NCBI GenBank assembly: GCA_040954595.2 | Contig: CM082587.2 | Location: 248,001-312,000, forward strand | Length of the DNA stretch: 64,000 bases | Direction: 5' to 3' | Source of the DNA: Balanoglossus misakiensis | Taxonomy: Eukaryota > Animalia > Hemichordata | Part shown: positions 57,274-64,000 of the stretch, piece after piece | Numbering within the stretch: position 1 is the stretch's first letter | How the letters are laid out: the number at the start of each line of letters is the position of its first letter | The notes under the pieces: model-generated | The model's database searches: none | What the model was told of the DNA's origin: nothing | The model's input: only the letters and a program-made list of their open reading frames with translations | Translations under genes and position numbers: made by a program

Positions 57274-58694
57274 CTAACTACTGCTTGCTCGTGTAAGAGT
57301 AGCGCCCCCGCTAGGGCGTGTTTGCTGGGTCATTCGAACCACTGTGGAGCGAAACCTGTGCGATGTGTTTGATAAGTAACTGACGCCGTTGATGCTGCCT
57401 CGCCCTCGATACTTGCGACAGATATCGGGGATCTGAGCGATGTACTTCCGGAAGTTAGGGTTGAAAACCACGTATATGAACGTGTTGAACACACTGTTGC
57501 CCATGGCTGCTGTTTCGACAAGGTAGAAGATGGTGAGATGGTGTCGAATATCTTCCAAGGTGTCGAATTTTCCGATCCAGAAGAAATCTCTGAGGACACT
57601 GTACACGTAGTAGGGGGTCCAGCAAATGACAAACATGACGACTACAATTATCAGCATCTTGATACTTTTTCTCTTGGATTCTTCGATGGCTACTTCTTGA
57701 GATTGGGTCAGTTGGCCGTGGCTTCCAGGGATCTGCCGAAACCACAGTTTCCGAGCGACGATGCTGTAGGCTATGGTTATGATCAGAAAGGGTATGACAA
57801 ACTCTGACATTAAAAGGAAGAGCGTGTTAATCTGCATGGATTTGGGACTCTTCCAGTAAATTTCGCCACAGTGGGATGACCCCGGATATTGCCAAGTACC
57901 GGAGTGGATAGCAGACGGCAATGAGACGGCGATGGAAACGAACCATGTGATGCCGACGACGATCATGGCCTTTCGAACAGACATCCGGGGCTTCAGAGGG
58001 TTCATTATCATACAGTATCTGATGTAGAAAAGAAATAATCAAGAAAGGAAAACATGTTCAGTGGAACAACGACACTCATTTTCTCATCAAAACATATAGA
58101 TTTACATCAGAGGACCGCGCTGTTACGACGATGGTTTATTTTCAGATTTGGAGAAAGGTGCAACTTTTTTAACGTGTCACCTTTGTGAGGATTAATATCT
58201 TGGGAAATATTTAAAACGTACCTGTCGATTGCTATAGCCAAGAGTGAATTGGTCGACACGTAAAGCGACAGTGGTTTCACGAAGCTAACAATGAGGCAGA
58301 CACATTTCCCAAATGGCCAGTTTTGATTGATGTAATAATAAAAGTTGAACGGTGCACACGACAATGCCAAAATTAAGTCAGAGAGAGCCAGGTTGCCAAT
58401 CAGTAAGTTCGTAGTGGTGCGCATTCGACGGAATCTGTAGATGACGTAGCAGAGTAGTATGTTGCCCACACCACATACTCCAATGGTTAGCGTATACACT
58501 ATCCCAATAATCGCCTTCACCCCCACTGGAACTGTCGGGAATGGCAAGAGTTCGGTATAAGATTCGTTACACTGGTAGAAGTTGTCCAGATGGTTTCCGT
58601 AATCACCGTAATAATCTAACATTTGGCAGATATGTCCATAAAACTTCGGGTCGTTGTGACTGTCGTTCAGAACTCCGGGCCTAATCGTTGCCAT
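57274..58694 (-). CDS. PROKR: Class A peptide GPCR, prokineticin-receptor-like (2 coding exons: 58222-58694, 57274-58018; 405 aa)
   Basis: TM1 GVGN, TM2 NLALSD, TM3 LSLYVSTNSLLAIAIDRY (intron splits the R codon), TM6 CWTPYY, TM7 FYLVETAAMGNSVFNTFIY. The TM3 and TM7 strings match recalled PROKR1/2 signatures. Confidence 0.88.
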
Positions 58695-61600
58695 AATATC
58701 AAAGCCTTGAAGACACTACGGTGTTGTTAGTTAGATAAACATTGGCATCGTCTGTTGAAACTGTAGCTGAGATCGGTTGCTAGGTGAGAAATATGCAAAA
58801 TCAATGTCTCAGATGTGTACAGATTTATTTGTAAGTCGATCGATCTTATATCAGGAAGTGAGCAAGAAATTTGTGGGCAGCAGCCTTCTAGATATATATA
58901 TTCATGTTGATACCACAAGCCCACCCTGAGACTGTACCAACGAAATGCTCTCCACAACCAGGGGATCCCAGTAGCCTGCAAAATATGACAATGTAAAGAA
59001 AATATTGGTGAAAATAATTCGTAGACAGCTCACTATTAGAAAGTATCTTCGCATTTCCTAAGCATCGGTTATAAAATTAACTTGCATATTCAGAACAATC
59101 CAAAGATCACAGAGACCAACCGTTTTTGTAACTACACTTTAAGCAATTCTGGAGACTTTCTCTTCCTATCCAGACATCTCTAAATTATGGTAATGGAATT
59201 CAAAAGTAGCTTGTTCATTCGCCCCTTTCATCAGATAGCAAAAGACTCGAAGGATCAGGCTAACTGACAGCTTAAAAGATAAAAAATCGCAACATTTCGC
59301 TGATCAGGAAATGGTTTCCTGACAACGCCGGATTTTGCTTCAGGAATCCAGGACGACAAAGGGATGAGTATCTTCCTTTACAGTCAAAGATGTTTCTTCC
59401 TGCAATTGACAACGCGCATCATGAATACTCCCGCCATCCATATACACGCACTTACAAAGTGTCACGCGTTGATCGCGACAGCAGACATTGAGTTCCGGGG
59501 TTCAGCATAGACCTGGCATATACAGCCGGTATTTGCCGCGATGGTTATGTAAGGATGGCTGAGTAAGTGGACGTAACCTTGGGATGGGAACGGAATGATG
59601 GAAATACACTTCAGAATTTGCCTATTAGCGCAGATCATCAAATTTAAAGATAAAAAGACCAAATAATAAGAATTTGAAAACATCCAGTCTTTAACATCTG
59701 AGACCGCAATTCAAGATTTTTGCAACCATAGCAACCATGACTAAGCAACAACATCTCCCAAAGGATAAGTATCATGTTGATCAAAACTGAGCCACTAACC
59801 TAACCTTGAGGTACACCTGTATTACGTTGTCTGTGTTTGTTTGTTGGTTGTGTTGTGTTGTGTATTGCGCAGAAAATTTGCAAAGAAGCGAGAACAAATC
59901 CTTGAAAAATATGTCACTGTCAACTCCAGGTAAAACGGCTACAGTAAAGCACGATTGAAGGGAATTTCAACGAAAAGCGAGAAACTACTTCGTAGAATAG
60001 CTTTGTGTATGTCTCTTTAGGGCTTGAAATTAATGATATCACGCGATGTGCTTTGAGGTTCAGTAAACTAGCCTTCCTTAAGGCAGTGTATTAACATGTA
60101 CAAAACACCATGCCTGAAAGAAGGCCGGTTCTCCGAACCCATGCGTGTGTACACGCCATTATAGGAAATGAGGCTATAGGGCCTTAGCTGCAACAAAGAC
60201 ATCCACGCCAGAGAAAATGATCAATACCAAGATACTATATCGTCGCCATCTGAATATTCACGTCTCAAAACGAAATCATCTGCCTAGCGTTATACAGTAC
60301 AAAGTCATAGAATAGTAATCAGTTCATTGACGAAGCAGAGTCATTCCACGTGTTTTTATTGTACATGTATCTTTGATTTATCTCAGCGTTGATAATTATA
60401 AAATGTATAATTAGTAGCAGGAGCTGAGGATGTTCAAACACGTGTTCTAGGAGTGGACATATCTTTCAACATTTGCATTTACATTGTATAATGAAATGAA
60501 AAAACCATTGGCCTTTTTTACACATATCGTTCCACTTTTGCCTCAGTTTATCATGGGTTAGATTTCAACTGTGGAAACTGTTTGATGAGACGATGAACAC
60601 GGATACAAAATATAAAGATATGCCAAATGTGAGACTTCTCTCTTAAAATGTACCAATTTTCTGGTTATGTTGGCGCGTGTTGAAGAGGTTTGATCATAAC
60701 TCTGGCTACACCAATGCATGAAATCCAATTACTAACTCTGGCCCCGAAAGGACAGCGTCAGACGCTAATTTATGTTCTTTGTACAAATGTATAAAGGCAC
60801 TTGTGATTAATAGCTTATACGCAGTAGATTTGAATGATAATAATGACAATAATCATTTTGGTGTTCCTGTAACTGTGGCTTGATGTAATACTCTCACCGA
60901 AGTCAACTTCGATTGAAACGAGAATAAAGAATTGCAAAGTGGCACTAAAGGTGATCGAATATGGATATGACCACTGCCTGTCGTCGATAGATTAAAACAT
61001 TTCATGATGTTTTCTCAACAAATTGTCGCCCTTCAACATGAGCTACATTTCTAAAGTCACAAGAACACGCATAATTTTTTTCTATGGACATGTCATGTCA
61101 CACACGATTATACCACAATCGTTGGTCTCACAGAAGAGCACAATTGCCATTATTCACATAAGAGTGTTCCCACGCCGGATATTTCATGAACAATAATGAA
61201 AGGGCTAACAACTAACCTTGTCAAAAATTAAAACAGTATGAAACACGTCGAATGATGAAGTGAAAACCACAGCTCGACACTCATAATGACAAAGTGCCAA
61301 TCTTTGTACTGAAAGTAATGGTTGTGCATGAGTGGCAATGGCTCGGTTTTCCACTGGACTCACTTCAATAAGCGCATTGTGTGCAAAACAGACACGTCAA
61401 AAATGACATTCATTTCAAGCAATTGAAGCAGAAATAAGTATCAGTAACGTTACATGACTTTCTATTGTGTACTTAACTATATGGAAGTAATTTATCATAC
61501 CGACTGAATAAAGGATATCATCAATATCTTCAATAGTCATTGTGTCGTCAATGTCATTATATGAATAATTAAAGATTGGTTGACAGTTCTGCATATGTAT

Positions 61601-62512
61601 ATAATAGGCTATACGATATACCATTAATATTACTGTTACATATTTCTAATGTTACCTTAGGAGAAATGTTAAACTTGCTTACCTAGATCCTGTCGATGAA
61701 TCATCAAACATATCACTGAATAGACGATTGCGCTGCTCGATGTTTTTGACTACAGATAATGGTAAGTATTCATCCCGAATCTTGCTTTTCTATTCGACAA
61801 GACAACATGAATATTCAGTATAAAGCGCCCCCTATACACATTTAATGAAATGCGTGGATATTGATGGTGACGTAGTGACCAAGTCCGCAGATGGTTTTGT
61901 ATGAATTTCATGACAAATTAAAGAAAAAACTGATATAATTTATCAGTTATGTGTTTTATTCTATCAATGTCACCACAGTGTGTATGGTAATACAAATCTA
62001 ATCAAAGAGACTCTTAAATGTCTGGCGCACATTTGCATTAACAAAACCAAGAAATAAATTCAGGCAAACATTTTTTTACTGACGGAACGAAATTTATCAG
62101 AAATTTATCTCGGTCTTCTATACAATTTGACATTTAAACTTGACGCCAGCTCTGTATTTAGCCTGTACTGGATTTTATTGACAACAAAATGGCAAAACCC
62201 TGAGTTTCATCTTGATGTTGAATAGAAAATCGAAAAACAAGTTTATAAGAATTCAATTTCCTCGACATCTGTCCTTGAAGTGTGCATCCGTAGTGTTTTA
62301 ACTTCCTGATAGCAACATGCAACAAGGACATTTAGATAATTACACAAGACGAGACATAAGGTTTTTTTTATCTCACGTGTTTACACCAACTGTATTACAG
62401 TTAATAGATAAACAATCAGTGCGTATCACCGAGACGATCATTGGCATCTTGTAGACTCACATCCTCACCATTCTCATTTGAAAGGTTAACGACATTCTTA
62501 AATACAATGCAC

Positions 62513-62540
62513 ACACGCACGCACGCACGCACGCACGCAC
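62513..62540. repeat. (GCAC)n microsatellite
   Basis: Seen directly. Confidence 0.8.
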
Positions 62541-64000
62541 TAAGAAAGCATTCTGATGCGCATGCTAAACATTTTTTTACTTGTCTTACCTGCCTATAAG
62601 TCTTTAAATTTTGACGCGGTCTTGCAAATCTTGCGTCGGAAAATAATTACTTTTGTGAGAGTTTTAAATCCAACAAATGTACGATACGTTCCTCTCTAAA
62701 GGTCAACGAATCATGTCTTGGAGATCCGGTCTTCAGCGCAGCTGTTACTATGGTCACGGAATAATGCTAATTACACTCTCAAGTGTTTGTCATGTCTTCC
62801 TTGTGGGTGTATCATTGCCATCAGACAGAATAGAGGATTCTCATTTCCTTGCCTTTGAGTCTCTGTCAGTCTTCAAAGACTGTCAAAGCTTATCCTGTTT
62901 ATAACATCTTGCTAACCATTATGTCTTCTGCCGGATCAAACATGGAAAACAAACAACGGGTTAAAATGATGTGAATATACAAGGTCTAATTTTCAAAATC
63001 GCTTAAATGTGGCATAAGGACAACTCATCCAATTCGTGCTATTCACAACCATTAAAAAGTATTAGAGATCAAAATTAAAGTAGGCTAATCAACCAAGAAT
63101 TATTTTATTATCATAAATCGGAATACTAATTATAATACTAAAACTTCAAGTGGCGAGTCGTTTACAAAGAAGCCTGTCAGTATCCACGTGTGTGGTCTGG
63201 GGGGGCCCGGGGAGGGGGGGGGGTTACTTGTTGCCGTAAATAGGCCCGTCATTTACGACGATAGGTCTACTAGAACTTAAAAGATTTCAACTGCAGTCTC
63301 GAACAGGATGTTAGCATGTGGCCCTTTAACTCTTTTGATCAACAATTTTATTTTTCCTAATAATTTGCCAGTCCGATTTCTTAGTAATTTGGTTTGCGGG
63401 ACCCGTGGTTGCTCTTGTTAGGAGATCTATACTTGTTTTGAGTCCCAGTGCTTTACATTTGGCGTTCATATTCCCAAGAATATTCTCCGTCAGATTTATG
63501 TCTAATTATCACATAAATTATGTAGATATCGTATGAACAATGGTAATCAGTATCGATCTTGTCCGAAAACTATCAAAGTTCAAGTATTGGCATGCCACAA
63601 TTAGCTGTAGCGATTCTGCTCAAATGGGAGCACAGTGCCACTGAATCTATTGTTTTATTAATTATTATGTTTTTAGGCCACACGACTTTGCAGATCATCC
63701 ATTCGCAACGTTTTATTGGGATTTTAGAAGGCTTTGCTGACAGTCGCAAATCGACAATAGTAAACAGACAGACAGAGAGACAACATCCAGCTAATACTAG
63801 CGGTGTAACCATTTACTAAAAAATCTCGCCATCAGCACTGCCATGTTGATTTGACAACTTCGACCTTTAGGGCTTCCTGTGTCTTTATTCCACTGGTATT
63901 CGCTAAGAGCAAAGACGGACTCGCGCGGGAAGGCGCGCTACGGGAATCGACGGAACTTTAACAGATCCTTCTGCAAACGCGAAACTGGCTTGATTTTGTT

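Noticed and set aside
59000-64000. Short ORFs upstream of the GPCR
   Set aside because: No recognisable protein motifs; probably 5' UTR introns or intergenic DNA (possible leader-exon donors near 61682 and 62589 are unverified).

Overview
AT-rich, intron-containing eukaryotic DNA, most likely from an invertebrate deuterostome (taxon inferred, not shown). Gene order: orphan first coding exon of a gene leaving the window (-), a 24-exon BET bromodomain gene (BRD2/3/4/fsh type, -) with short and long isoform architecture, head-to-head WDR5 (+), a membrane-anchored CAP/EGF/ShKT protein (+), a CTR2-like copper transporter (-), FPGS (-) head-to-head with MAP2K7 (+), and a prokineticin-receptor-like GPCR (-). 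Several human orthologues lie on the MHC-paralogon arms 9q32-34 and 19p13. The main hidden signal is that the BET gene is a snoRNA host with six intronic guide RNAs on its sense strand. These are three near-identical SNORA48-like H/ACA copies, one SNORD10-like C/D RNA, and two equal-length C/D RNAs in one intron with 28S-complementary guides I cannot assign to a known family. rRNA, U6 and human snoRNA comparisons are from recalled sequences and need database confirmation.
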